From a virus (taxonomy: Duplodnaviria; Caudoviricetes), in the IMG/VR virus record IMGVR_UViG_3300042386_001493, positions 1 to 64,000 of that record: 64,000 nucleotides of DNA. One strand, 5' to 3'. Under the pieces are notes generated by a model. That model was not told the DNA's origin and did not search any database. It saw only the letters and a list, made by a program, of their open reading frames with translations. Positions 40,328-49,412 of this stretch are shown piece by piece. Made by a program: the position numbers and the translations under genes. The first letter of the stretch is position 1; each line of letters starts with the position of its first letter.

Positions 40328-41288
40328 TTTTTTCAAACAATCTATTCCACTCTTTAGACCTTAAATCCCAAGAGTAATTTTCATTATAAAAATCTGATTG
40401 TTTTTGTAATTTACTTTGTGTTTCTATAGACCAATAATTGTCAATCTCTTCATTTAGTGTTTTTGCATATGCTGGAATAAATGTTTCTGGTACCGCTTGC
40501 ATTGGCATAAGCCTTGCATATTCTGATCCAGTTTCATATAATGCACCAAGATTAGTTGTAACCATACGACATCCCGCAGCACCAGCCTCAACCATAGCCA
40601 AACAACATGTTTCTTCAAACGTACTTGGGTATGCAAATATATGAGATTCTTGTAAGGCTTTTTTAATTACATCATTTGTAGCGTATCCCATATAATTAAC
40701 GTTTTTCATATTACGGGCTATTTCAAAATGTTCTTCGTATACCCCGTTTGTATGAGCCTCATATCCAGTTCCATACATCTTTGCTGATGAATAAATATCA
40801 AGTTCAACATCATCTCTATTTAGCATTTCAAATGCTGGCAAAAGCATGTCTAATCCACGAAATGGGGCAGAAGTATAAATTAACTTTATCTTGCCATCTT
40901 TTGTCTTAGGTTTAAACTCTATTGGGTCAATAGCATTTTTAATTACATATGCATTTTCAAGAGGGATTTTAAATATCCAGCGATACTTTTCATGTTGCCA
41001 GTGAGAAATATATACAAATGAATTTATGGCATTCATAAATAAGGGATCTGTATATCCTGATCTTAACGATTCATCACTATGAGCCAAATGCTGCCATAGC
41101 AAATTCTTTTTTGTATATTTTACATTTTTAAAATATGGATTAGATAGCAAAAGGTTAATATCTTTATGCTGTGCTATATTAGTATATTTATATAGTCCAG
41201 ATTTTAATATTTCTGTACCGCCCATTGGGGGCAAAGATTCTTCTACCACCCCAATATCGTTTTGTGGAACCTGCTGCAACCAATCCAT
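40314..41288 (-). CDS. Glycosyltransferase family 4 (GT-B)
   Basis: MGGTE, YTSAPFRGL, YPSTFEETCCLAMVEAGAAGC, TNLGAL; start MDWLQ with AGGAG RBS. Confidence 0.88.
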   Translation of the reverse strand: MDWLQQVPQNDIGVVEESLPPMGGTEILKSGLYKYTNIAQHKDINLLLSNPYFKNVKYTKKNLLWQHLAHSDESLRSGYTDPLFMNAINSFVYISHWQHEKYRWIFKIPLENAYVIKNAIDPIEFKPKTKDGKIKLIYTSAPFRGLDMLLPAFEMLNRDDVELDIYSSAKMYGTGYEAHTNGVYEEHFEIARNMKNVNYMGYATNDVIKKALQESHIFAYPSTFEETCCLAMVEAGAAGCRMVTTNLGALYETGSEYARLMPMQAVPETFIPAYAKTLNEEIDNYWSIETQSKLQKQSDFYNENYSWDLRSKEWNRLFEKISST

Positions 41289-41296
41289 GCTATCTC

Positions 41297-42019
41297 CTAA
41301 TTGTAAGTTTTTTTCTGCCAAAACTGTTGTTTATATGAACGAACTATTTTTGATTTTAATAAGAAACCATTTTTACGATTTTCTTCTTCATCAAATTCTA
41401 CAACATCGCTTTTCCAGTCTTCTCTCTTAAATGGAATAACCTGACAGATAGGAGTTCCCTTTTCAAGAATAAAAACATTTTTGTCAATTATGGAATCCAA
41501 TAGTTGAAATGGAAACTCAACACCAAGTTTATACATATCAGTATCCACAACACCAGAAAATGTTCTAAATGGAAGATCGTGCCTGTTTGTTGGGTGCGTA
41601 AACAGACAACTATAGCCTTTTGGAGTAATAACTCTCCATCCTGGTCTCCACTTAAGAAGACTTGAAGAGCCACCAAATGGTCCTGGTAATCCTGGTGCTT
41701 GATCTGGTCCGTGTTGTCCTATAAGATTAATATTTGTTGCCCAACGAACATTAATCATTCCTTTATCATTTTTTCTAAACTCCATATCAAATGGTAATTC
41801 AAACATGTAGCCTGTACTTAAAGCGTCAAGAAAAGGAGAGCATCCCTTTAATGTTAAGTTACTAACTGCAACCCCATCTTTTGATAAACCGTCTAATTTT
41901 TCTTCATCCATTCTTGTTGGCATATCTTTATACCATTGTGGAAGAGACTGAACTGCTGGCTTTGGACTTTCAAACAAAAGTTCTGTTTCTTTATCAAATG
42001 CTTCAAATTGTAATTTCAT
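41297..42019 (-). CDS. DUF6065-like protein
   Basis: PQWYK, GCSPFLDALSTGY, TPKGYSCLFTHP, GVVDTD, GTPICQVIPFKRE. Confidence 0.55.
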   Translation of the reverse strand: MKLQFEAFDKETELLFESPKPAVQSLPQWYKDMPTRMDEEKLDGLSKDGVAVSNLTLKGCSPFLDALSTGYMFELPFDMEFRKNDKGMINVRWATNINLIGQHGPDQAPGLPGPFGGSSSLLKWRPGWRVITPKGYSCLFTHPTNRHDLPFRTFSGVVDTDMYKLGVEFPFQLLDSIIDKNVFILEKGTPICQVIPFKREDWKSDVVEFDEEENRKNGFLLKSKIVRSYKQQFWQKKTYN

Positions 42020-42723
42020 TATTTATTTTCCTGTGGATAATTTTTTTGTAAAACATCCATCCAATGAAGTTTAAATGTTTTTTGATGAGTTACTCTAACT
42101 TTGGGATCCGCCCAAATTTCAAAACCAGAATTAATGGCTTTTGTGCACCAAGAAAGATCTTCACCAATAAGTATAAACTCAGGATTTGTGTCTTTGTTTT
42201 CATCTGTATTGGGTATTGCTACTGGGCCAAACCAAGGTCTTGGCATTTTTTCAAATACTCCTTGTTTAACGGCTAGGAACCCAAATCCAGCCCCAGCAAC
42301 TTTGAATGGCTCATTCTTATCAAGGAGCATTTGTTCTGGCATCATTCCGCCTCTAGGCTGATTATAAATAGGAACGTGGCGATCTTCCATTAAATAGCAT
42401 CCAGAAATAATATCTTTTTCAGAATTATATAATGCAAAAAAGTCTGATGGCTCCCACTCAATATCTGAATCAATCCAAATAATTTTGTCGTAAGTCCATT
42501 CACCACTACATGGCTCTGTCATATTTATATTATTTGTATCCCAGCCACCAATTGTACACTCACGGGCCATTGCAACTAAAGATCCACCTTGATTTAAAAA
42601 GTTCCAAGATAAGCCTTCTTCATTTAGTATGTATGTTGTTTTAAGAATACTTCTCATATATCCAGGAGTAAATCCATTTCCTGGAGTAGCGATTACTACA
42701 TTAAAATGTGGCTTATTTGCCAT
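42019..42723 (-). CDS. Glycosyltransferase (GT-A/GT2-like)
   Basis: IATPG, WIDSDI (DxD), GFGFLAVKQGVFE, GEDLSWC. Confidence 0.8.
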   Translation of the reverse strand: MANKPHFNVVIATPGNGFTPGYMRSILKTTYILNEEGLSWNFLNQGGSLVAMARECTIGGWDTNNINMTEPCSGEWTYDKIIWIDSDIEWEPSDFFALYNSEKDIISGCYLMEDRHVPIYNQPRGGMMPEQMLLDKNEPFKVAGAGFGFLAVKQGVFEKMPRPWFGPVAIPNTDENKDTNPEFILIGEDLSWCTKAINSGFEIWADPKVRVTHQKTFKLHWMDVLQKNYPQENK

Positions 42724-43384
42724 AGTTATCTAACCTTACCTTTACTTTTTTATAATGCGACAAACTTACTGTAGGATCTAAGTATATCTTAAATCCTGCT
42801 TTCTGTGCTTTTTTGCACCAAGAAAAATCTTCTCCGTAAGGAATAAAAATTTCTTTTTCCCCATCTTCTGAAGTCATTTTTTCAAATACTGACTCAAACC
42901 ATGGTCTTTTTATATTTTCAAATACGCCTTGTTTCATTGCTATAAAACCAAATCCTGCAGCAAAAATTTCTTCTTCCTTATTGCTTTTTAAAATTTTATC
43001 AATTTCTGTTGCTGCATCTTCTACTGCTACAGAAAACATTGGTACCATTTTTTCATTAAAATATAAACCAGAAACAATATCTTTATCAGATTCATATATT
43101 TTCATAAAGTCTGTTATTTCCCATCCAATATCAGAATCAATCCAAAAAATTTTATCATATGTTACTTGTCCACGAACTGGGCTATTATTAAAAGGATCGA
43201 GATATTGATCCCCCATTGCTGTTGCTTCTCTAGCGGTACTAACCATAGATGAATATTCATTTAAGAACATATATGAAATACCTACTTGATTTAGATATGA
43301 AATAGTTTGTATTAGACTTTTTACATATTCTGCTTCCATATTTCTACCAGGAGTAGCGATAAGAATATTTACATGTGGATTCAT
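42713..43384 (-). CDS. Glycosyltransferase (GT-A/GT2-like), paralogue of the downstream gene
   Basis: IATPG, WIDSDI, GFGFIAMKQGVFE, GEDFSWC; TAATG-coupled start at 43384. Confidence 0.8.
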   Translation of the reverse strand: MNPHVNILIATPGRNMEAEYVKSLIQTISYLNQVGISYMFLNEYSSMVSTAREATAMGDQYLDPFNNSPVRGQVTYDKIFWIDSDIGWEITDFMKIYESDKDIVSGLYFNEKMVPMFSVAVEDAATEIDKILKSNKEEEIFAAGFGFIAMKQGVFENIKRPWFESVFEKMTSEDGEKEIFIPYGEDFSWCKKAQKAGFKIYLDPTVSLSHYKKVKVRLDNYGK

Positions 43385-44199
43385 TAGTTTCTCCAAAATT
43401 CTTGACCAGAATATTTATTTATTACATATTCAGATAATAGTTCTTGTTTATTTATATTTCGACGGGATATAGAAGATCTTACATCATGTTGTCCTATAAG
43501 TCCATAGACATTATCATCTTCTTTAATGTTGTTTGCTATATTTGAATAATCATGGGTAAATCTTTCAATACCGTAAAAATCATAAATCTTGTTAATTTCT
43601 TCTTCTGGATTTGCTATTAAATCATCGTATTCTACAAAATGGAAATACTTTCTGTTGTCTGGATGCATTGCAAATGCTATACCATATAAGCAGTTATCAA
43701 TAATGCCTTTTGGTCTCATTAAACTATCACACCTAATATCATCTGCTGGACGGTAAAAATTAAATTCCTGTCTTGTCTGTATTTCAGAATCAATAAAATT
43801 ATTTTTATTTGGATTTTTCTTAACTAGACTTATAAATGATGCAAGGATATCTGTTATTCCTCTTATTGGTAGTATTATTTTTGGTTCATATCCAAGATTT
43901 CTTTGCAATACCCCGAAATGTTCAGGCATTGACCATTCTCTTGATTTATCAATAATGATAGGTTTATTTGTATCAGAGTAGTATCCTTCTAATACCCCCA
44001 TAATTGTATTTGGCATTACTACAGGTTTGGGATATGCAGAGTATTGTTCTGATGCCAAAATACTACGTTCTAAATTAAATATCATTCCACACATAGGTGA
44101 ATTTGCTGATGAATAAATATCAGGATTTTGATTTAATATAGATGATATTAGAGTACTACCAGATCTTGGAAGACCTGCCATAAAATAAAAATTTTTCAT
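43384..44199 (-). CDS. Sulfotransferase family protein
   Basis: PAPS-binding loop GLPRSGSTL, DKSREW, R..DILAS, YDDL..P. Confidence 0.88.
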   Translation of the reverse strand: MKNFYFMAGLPRSGSTLISSILNQNPDIYSSANSPMCGMIFNLERSILASEQYSAYPKPVVMPNTIMGVLEGYYSDTNKPIIIDKSREWSMPEHFGVLQRNLGYEPKIILPIRGITDILASFISLVKKNPNKNNFIDSEIQTRQEFNFYRPADDIRCDSLMRPKGIIDNCLYGIAFAMHPDNRKYFHFVEYDDLIANPEEEINKIYDFYGIERFTHDYSNIANNIKEDDNVYGLIGQHDVRSSISRRNINKQELLSEYVINKYSGQEFWRN

Positions 44200-44217
44200 A
44201 TTACCCCCGTAATATCT

Positions 44218-44226
44218 ATTATAGCA
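44218..44226 (-). promoter_or_regulatory. Extended -10 TGCTATAAT
   Basis: Before the sulfotransferase-glycosyltransferase operon. Confidence 0.7.
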
Positions 44227-44246
44227 GAGAGATATTTTTTTTCAAA

Positions 44247-47200
44247 TTATGCAAGTTCAATATCAGTTAAATTATAATTAGATATTGGTAATGTCAATGC
44301 TTGAGTAGTCCATGTAGCACCATCAGTTGATACATATATGCCTAGGTTTTCATTTACTGTTGAGGTATTTATGTCTCCTGATCCTGAAATTGCTGTCCAT
44401 AGGTTGTTGCCATAGGCTACTGAAAATATATCATTTACAAAGTTTAAGGTTTTGGTAGTCCAGGTTACTCCATCGGTTGAAGTTCTTAGGGCTCCAAAAT
44501 TGCCACCTGCTACCCAAATACTGTTTCCGTAGGCTATTGATCGTATAGTTCCACTTCCAAAGTTTGAAGTTTGTGTGGTCCAGGTTGTGCCATCTGTTGA
44601 GGTACGGAGTGTGCCTGAAATTCCACCTGCTATCCAGAGGTTATTTCCGTAGGCTACTGATATTATACGTGTAGTTCCAAAGTTAGAGGTGCGTGTAGTC
44701 CAGGTTATGGCATCGGTTGAGGTGCGCAATTGGCCTCCATCCCCACCTGCTATCCAAAGGCTGTTGCCGTAGGCTGCTGACCATATAGTGGTATTTCCAA
44801 AGTTAGAGGTTTGGGTAGTCCAGGTAGTGCCGTCTGTTGAGGTACGGAGTTGTCCTGTATAGCCAGTTGCTACCCAAAGGCTGTTGCCGTAGGCTACTCT
44901 TTGTATTTGTGTATTTCCAAAGTTAGAGGTGCGTGTGGTCCAGGTTGTTCCATCCGTTGAGGTACGTAACTGGCCTGTATTTCCACCTGCTATCCAAAGA
45001 TTGTTTCCGTAGTCTACTGAGTTTATCTGTGTATTACCAAAGTTAGAGGTGCGTGTGGTCCAGGTTGTTCCGTTTGTTGATGTACGGACTTGTCCTGAAC
45101 CACCACCTGCTACCCACAGGTTATTGCCGTAGGCTACTGATGTTATAAAAGTATTGCCAAAGTTGGAGGTTTGTGTTACCCATCTATTTGGTGTTTTTCC
45201 ATCTACATATATTGAATAAGTGTTATTATAAGAATTTACTTTTTCTACCCAACCCAAAACTCCTGTTCTAGTTGAGGCATATGTAGAATTTGATGTATTA
45301 AATGTATAAAATATTCCTTGATCTGATGCTAATATATCTGTGTTTATTGATGTAATAATTGGTGATATTGATGGGGTGTAGGAAATTCGTAGTTGTCCTG
45401 CCTCACCACCTATTGCCCATAGGTTGTTGCCGTAGGCTACTGAGTTTATAACGGTACTTCCAAAGTTAGAGGTTTGGGTAGTCCAGGTTATGGCATCTAT
45501 TGAGGTACGTAACTGGCCTGCATCTCCAACTATTGCCCAAAGGTTGTTAGCGTAGGCTACTGAGTTTATAGTTGTAGCACCAAAGTTAGAGGTGCGGGTG
45601 GTCCAAGTTATTGCATCAGTTGAGGTGCGGAGATTGCCTGCCTCACCACCTGCTACCCAGAGGTTGTTGCCGTAGATTATTTTGTTTATAAGTGAAGCAC
45701 CAAAGTTTGAGGTTTGGGTGGTCCACGTTATAGCGTCTGTTGAGGTGCGGAGTTGTCCTGAATATCCACCTGCTATCCAAAGGCTATTACTATAGACTGC
45801 TGTGCGTATACCTGAAGTTCCAAAGTTTGAGGTTTGGGTGGTCCATGTTATTGTATCTGTTGAGGTACGGAGTTGTCCTGAACCACCAACTGCTACCCAG
45901 AGGTTATTTCCGTAGGCTATTTCGTTTATAAGTGAAGCACCAAAGTTTGAGGTTCTGGTAGTCCATGTTATTGCATCTGTTGAGGTGCGTAGTTGGCCAT
46001 TAGCCCCTCCTATTACCCAAAGGTTGTTGTTATGGGCTAATGCAAATATACTGTCAACAGCAGAAAAGTTAGAGGTTTGGGTAGTCCATGTTATTGCATC
46101 TGTTGAGGTGCGTAGTGTGCTAAAGATTCCACTTGCTACCCACAGGTTATTGCCGTAGGCTATGTCTCTTATAGCAAGGTTTCCAGAAATATTTGAAGTT
46201 TGAGTAGTCCATTGCAAATTTTGAATGGTATATGAAATTAAATTATTACTAGTAACAAAATTATTATCTGCTATTAATCCAAATGCTGTATTTCCAAATG
46301 CAGATATTGACTTTATATTGTTGAATAATGGTGTTACGGTTGAGGTGCGGACTTGGCCTGCACTACCGCCTGCTACCCAAAGGCTGTTGCCGTAGGCTAC
46401 TGATTGTATACGTGTATTTCCAAAGTTAGAGGTTTGGGTATCCCAGGTTGTGCCATCTGTTGAGGTACGGAGTGTGCCTGTGTAGCCAACTGCTATCCAT
46501 AGGCTGTTGGCGTAGGCTATTGACTCTATGCGTGTAGTTCCAAAGTTGGAGGTGCGTGTGGCCCAGGTTATGGCATCTGTTGAGGTACGAATTCGGCCAT
46601 ATACTCCACCTGCTACCCAAAGGTTGTTGCCATAGGCTACTGAGAATATAGTTGTTCCAAAGTTGGAGGTGCGGGTGGCCCAGGTTATGGCATCTGTTGA
46701 GGTACGTATTTGGCTTCCAGTACCACCTGCTACCCACAGGTTATTGCCGTAGGCTATTGCATATATATTTGAGGTTCCAAAGTTGGAGGTTTGGGTGGTC
46801 CAAGTTGTGCCATCGGTTGAGGTGCGGATTTGTCCTGTATAGCCGCCTGCTACCCAAAGGCTGTTGCCGTAGGCTATTGATTGTATCTCTGTATTACCAA
46901 AGTTAGAGGTGCGGGTGGTCCAGGTTATGGCATCTGTTGAGGTGCGGAGTTGTCCTGTATTACCACCTGCTATCCATAGGCTGTTGGCGTAGGCTACTGA
47001 TTGTATAAAAGAGGTTCCAAAGTTTGAGGTACGAGTGGTCCAGGTTATGGCATCTGTTGAGGTACGGAGTGTGCCTGAACTACCACCTACTACCCACAGG
47101 TTATTGCCGTAGGCTACTGATGTTATAAAAAAGTTTCCAAAGTTAGAGGTGCGGGTGGTCCAAAAAATTCCTGCCTGATACAAACTTCTATATTGATTAT

Positions 47201-49412
47201 ATTGATCTGTATTTCTATCAGAATATAAAAGAGATCCATTTATATTTGATATTGCTTTATAGCGTTCTGTTGTTGCTATGCCGCTTGATTTTACGTTGGT
47301 ATCTACAGAAGCAATAGCATTTAAAATACTAATAGTAGTCCATGATATTCTATCAGTAGACACTCTTGTATTTGTTCCTGTTGAAGATGCTACTGTTGAT
47401 ATATTTGGATTATATAATAAGATTGAGGTACGGAGTTGGCCTGACTCTCCACCTGCTACCCAAAGGCCGTTTCCATAGGCTACTGATGTTATACTTGAAG
47501 TTCCAAAGTTGGAGGTTTGCGTAGTCCAAGTTATTGCATCTGTTGAGGTGCGGAGTTGGCCTGTATTTCCACCTGCTATCCAAAGATTGTTTCCGTAGTC
47601 TACTGAGTTTATCTGTGTATTACCAAAGTTAGAGGTGCGTGTGGTCCAGGTCGTACCATCCGTTGAGGTACGTAACTGGCCTGTATCCCCACCTATTGTC
47701 CATAGGTTGTTGCCATAGGATATTGCTCTTATGGCTGTACTTCCAAAGTTTGAGGTACGGGTAGTCCAGGTTATGGCATCTGTTGAGGTACGAAGTGTTC
47801 CTGTATAGCCGCCTGCTATCCAAAGATTGTTTCCGTAGTTTAACCTTAGTATATCCGTATTACCAAAGTTTGAAGTTTGGGTAGTCCAGGTGGTGCCGTC
47901 TGTTGATGTTCGTAGTTGTCCTCTATTTCCACCTGCTACCCAGAGGCTGTTTCCATAGGCTATTGAGTGTATAAAAGAGGTTCCAAAGTTGGAGGTACGA
48001 GTGGTCCAGGTTGTGCCATCTGTTGAGGTGCGTAGTGTTCCTGCATTACCACCTGCTATCCAAAGGTTATTGCCGTAGGCTATTGAGTATATACGTGTAC
48101 TTCCAAAGTTGGAGGTGCGGGTATCCCAGGTTGTGCCATCTGTTGAAATTTGTATTTGTCCAGTATCTCCACCTGCTATCCATAGGCTGTTGCCGTAGGC
48201 TACTGAGCGTATTGTTGTGCTTCCAAAGTTAGAGGTTTGTGTATTCCAACTAGATATTGCATTATTATTTTCAGCAATTTGCACATTATTTATATTACTT
48301 GATCCAAATCCAGCATCTATTGTTGTCCATGATATGGAGTCGGTAGAAAATAAGAGTCTATTATTGTTCCCGCCGACAATATAATTATTTAAAGTAGGAT
48401 TATATGAAATATCGTTTAAAGAATCATCTGCTGAAGTGCGGATTTGTCCTTGATTTCCACCTGCTACCCAGAGGCTGTTGCCATAGGCTACTGAGTATAT
48501 ATCTGAAGTTCCAAAGTTAGAGGTTTGGGTGGTCCAGGTTATGGTATCTGTTGAGGTGCGCAATTGGCCATATTGCCCACCTGCTACCCAAAGACTGTTG
48601 CCGTAGGCTACTGAGAATATACTTGTATTACCAAGGTTTGAGGTTCTGGTAGTCCAGGTTGTGCCATCTGTTGATGTGCGTAGTTGTCCTGAATTTCCAC
48701 CTGCTATCCAAAGGTTATTGCCGTAGGCTATTGAGCCTATAGATGTACCACCAAAGTTGGAGGTTTGGGTAGTCCAGGTTATGGCATCTGTTGAGGTGCG
48801 TAAGGTGCCTGTATTTCCACCTGCTATCCAAAGACTGTTGCCGTAGGCTATTGAGCGTATTGCTGAAGTTCCAAAGTTTGAGGTTTGAGTGGTCCAAGTT
48901 GTGCCATCTGTTGAGGTGCGCAATTGGCCATATTGCCCACCTGCTACCCAAAGGCTGTTGCCGTAGGCTACTGAAAATATATTTGTATTACCAAAGTTTG
49001 AGGTTTGAGTGGTCCAAGTTGTGCCATCTGTTGAGGTGCGCAATTGGCCTGTATAGCCGCCTGCTATCCATAGGCTGTTGCCGTAGGCTACTAATCGTAT
49101 ATCCGTATTTCCAAAGTTGGAGGTACGAGTGGTCCAGGTTATGGTATCGGTTGAGGTGCGAAGTGTGCCAGATTGCCCACCTGCTACCCAAAGGTTATTT
49201 CCATAGGCTACTGCTCTTATCTGTGTGTTTCCAAAGTTTGAGGTTTGTGTGGTCCAGAATGTGCCATTATTTGACGGTATATTAATATCAAAAGTTGTTA
49301 AATCTCCAGTAGATGATCTTAATGTTCCATCAGTTCCAGTAATAAAAAGTTTTTTTAAAAAGTTGAATGTTGATACAAATACAGCGCTAGCAGTAATTCC
49401 TAAGATTGGCAT
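44247..49412 (-). CDS. Multi beta-propeller (BNR/Asp-box-like) putative receptor-binding protein
   Basis: 35 copies of a ~40-aa repeat with S-T-D-G-x-T-W Asp-box; start MPILGITAS at 49412 overlaps the upstream TAA. Confidence 0.85.
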   Translation of the reverse strand: MPILGITASAVFVSTFNFLKKLFITGTDGTLRSSTGDLTTFDINIPSNNGTFWTTQTSNFGNTQIRAVAYGNNLWVAGGQSGTLRTSTDTITWTTRTSNFGNTDIRLVAYGNSLWIAGGYTGQLRTSTDGTTWTTQTSNFGNTNIFSVAYGNSLWVAGGQYGQLRTSTDGTTWTTQTSNFGTSAIRSIAYGNSLWIAGGNTGTLRTSTDAITWTTQTSNFGGTSIGSIAYGNNLWIAGGNSGQLRTSTDGTTWTTRTSNLGNTSIFSVAYGNSLWVAGGQYGQLRTSTDTITWTTQTSNFGTSDIYSVAYGNSLWVAGGNQGQIRTSADDSLNDISYNPTLNNYIVGGNNNRLLFSTDSISWTTIDAGFGSSNINNVQIAENNNAISSWNTQTSNFGSTTIRSVAYGNSLWIAGGDTGQIQISTDGTTWDTRTSNFGSTRIYSIAYGNNLWIAGGNAGTLRTSTDGTTWTTRTSNFGTSFIHSIAYGNSLWVAGGNRGQLRTSTDGTTWTTQTSNFGNTDILRLNYGNNLWIAGGYTGTLRTSTDAITWTTRTSNFGSTAIRAISYGNNLWTIGGDTGQLRTSTDGTTWTTRTSNFGNTQINSVDYGNNLWIAGGNTGQLRTSTDAITWTTQTSNFGTSSITSVAYGNGLWVAGGESGQLRTSILLYNPNISTVASSTGTNTRVSTDRISWTTISILNAIASVDTNVKSSGIATTERYKAISNINGSLLYSDRNTDQYNQYRSLYQAGIFWTTRTSNFGNFFITSVAYGNNLWVVGGSSGTLRTSTDAITWTTRTSNFGTSFIQSVAYANSLWIAGGNTGQLRTSTDAITWTTRTSNFGNTEIQSIAYGNSLWVAGGYTGQIRTSTDGTTWTTQTSNFGTSNIYAIAYGNNLWVAGGTGSQIRTSTDAITWATRTSNFGTTIFSVAYGNNLWVAGGVYGRIRTSTDAITWATRTSNFGTTRIESIAYANSLWIAVGYTGTLRTSTDGTTWDTQTSNFGNTRIQSVAYGNSLWVAGGSAGQVRTSTVTPLFNNIKSISAFGNTAFGLIADNNFVTSNNLISYTIQNLQWTTQTSNISGNLAIRDIAYGNNLWVASGIFSTLRTSTDAITWTTQTSNFSAVDSIFALAHNNNLWVIGGANGQLRTSTDAITWTTRTSNFGASLINEIAYGNNLWVAVGGSGQLRTSTDTITWTTQTSNFGTSGIRTAVYSNSLWIAGGYSGQLRTSTDAITWTTQTSNFGASLINKIIYGNNLWVAGGEAGNLRTSTDAITWTTRTSNFGATTINSVAYANNLWAIVGDAGQLRTSIDAITWTTQTSNFGSTVINSVAYGNNLWAIGGEAGQLRISYTPSISPIITSINTDILASDQGIFYTFNTSNSTYASTRTGVLGWVEKVNSYNNTYSIYVDGKTPNRWVTQTSNFGNTFITSVAYGNNLWVAGGGSGQVRTSTNGTTWTTRTSNFGNTQINSVDYGNNLWIAGGNTGQLRTSTDGTTWTTRTSNFGNTQIQRVAYGNSLWVATGYTGQLRTSTDGTTWTTQTSNFGNTTIWSAAYGNSLWIAGGDGGQLRTSTDAITWTTRTSNFGTTRIISVAYGNNLWIAGGISGTLRTSTDGTTWTTQTSNFGSGTIRSIAYGNSIWVAGGNFGALRTSTDGVTWTTKTLNFVNDIFSVAYGNNLWTAISGSGDINTSTVNENLGIYVSTDGATWTTQALTLPISNYNLTDIELA
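44355..49256 (-). repeat. Coding ~120-nt tandem repeats in five blocks of seven
   Basis: Blocks begin at about 49256, 48248, 47162, 46211 and 45182; consensus WTT(Q/R)TSNFGxxxIxS(V/I)AYGNxLW(V/I)AGGxxGxLRTSTDxxT. Confidence 0.95.

Noticed and set aside
44355-49256. CRISPR array or other non-coding repeat-spacer array
   Set aside because: The repeats are in-frame ~120-nt coding units with synonymous variation inside one ORF; no cas genes are present
45740-49285. Repetitive Cys/Arg-rich alternative-frame ORFs over the propeller gene
   Set aside because: By-products of the 120-nt repeat read in other frames
44247-49412. Diversity-generating retroelement target
   Set aside because: No reverse transcriptase or non-coding template repeat in the window; I did not see adenine-restricted differences (not formally tested)
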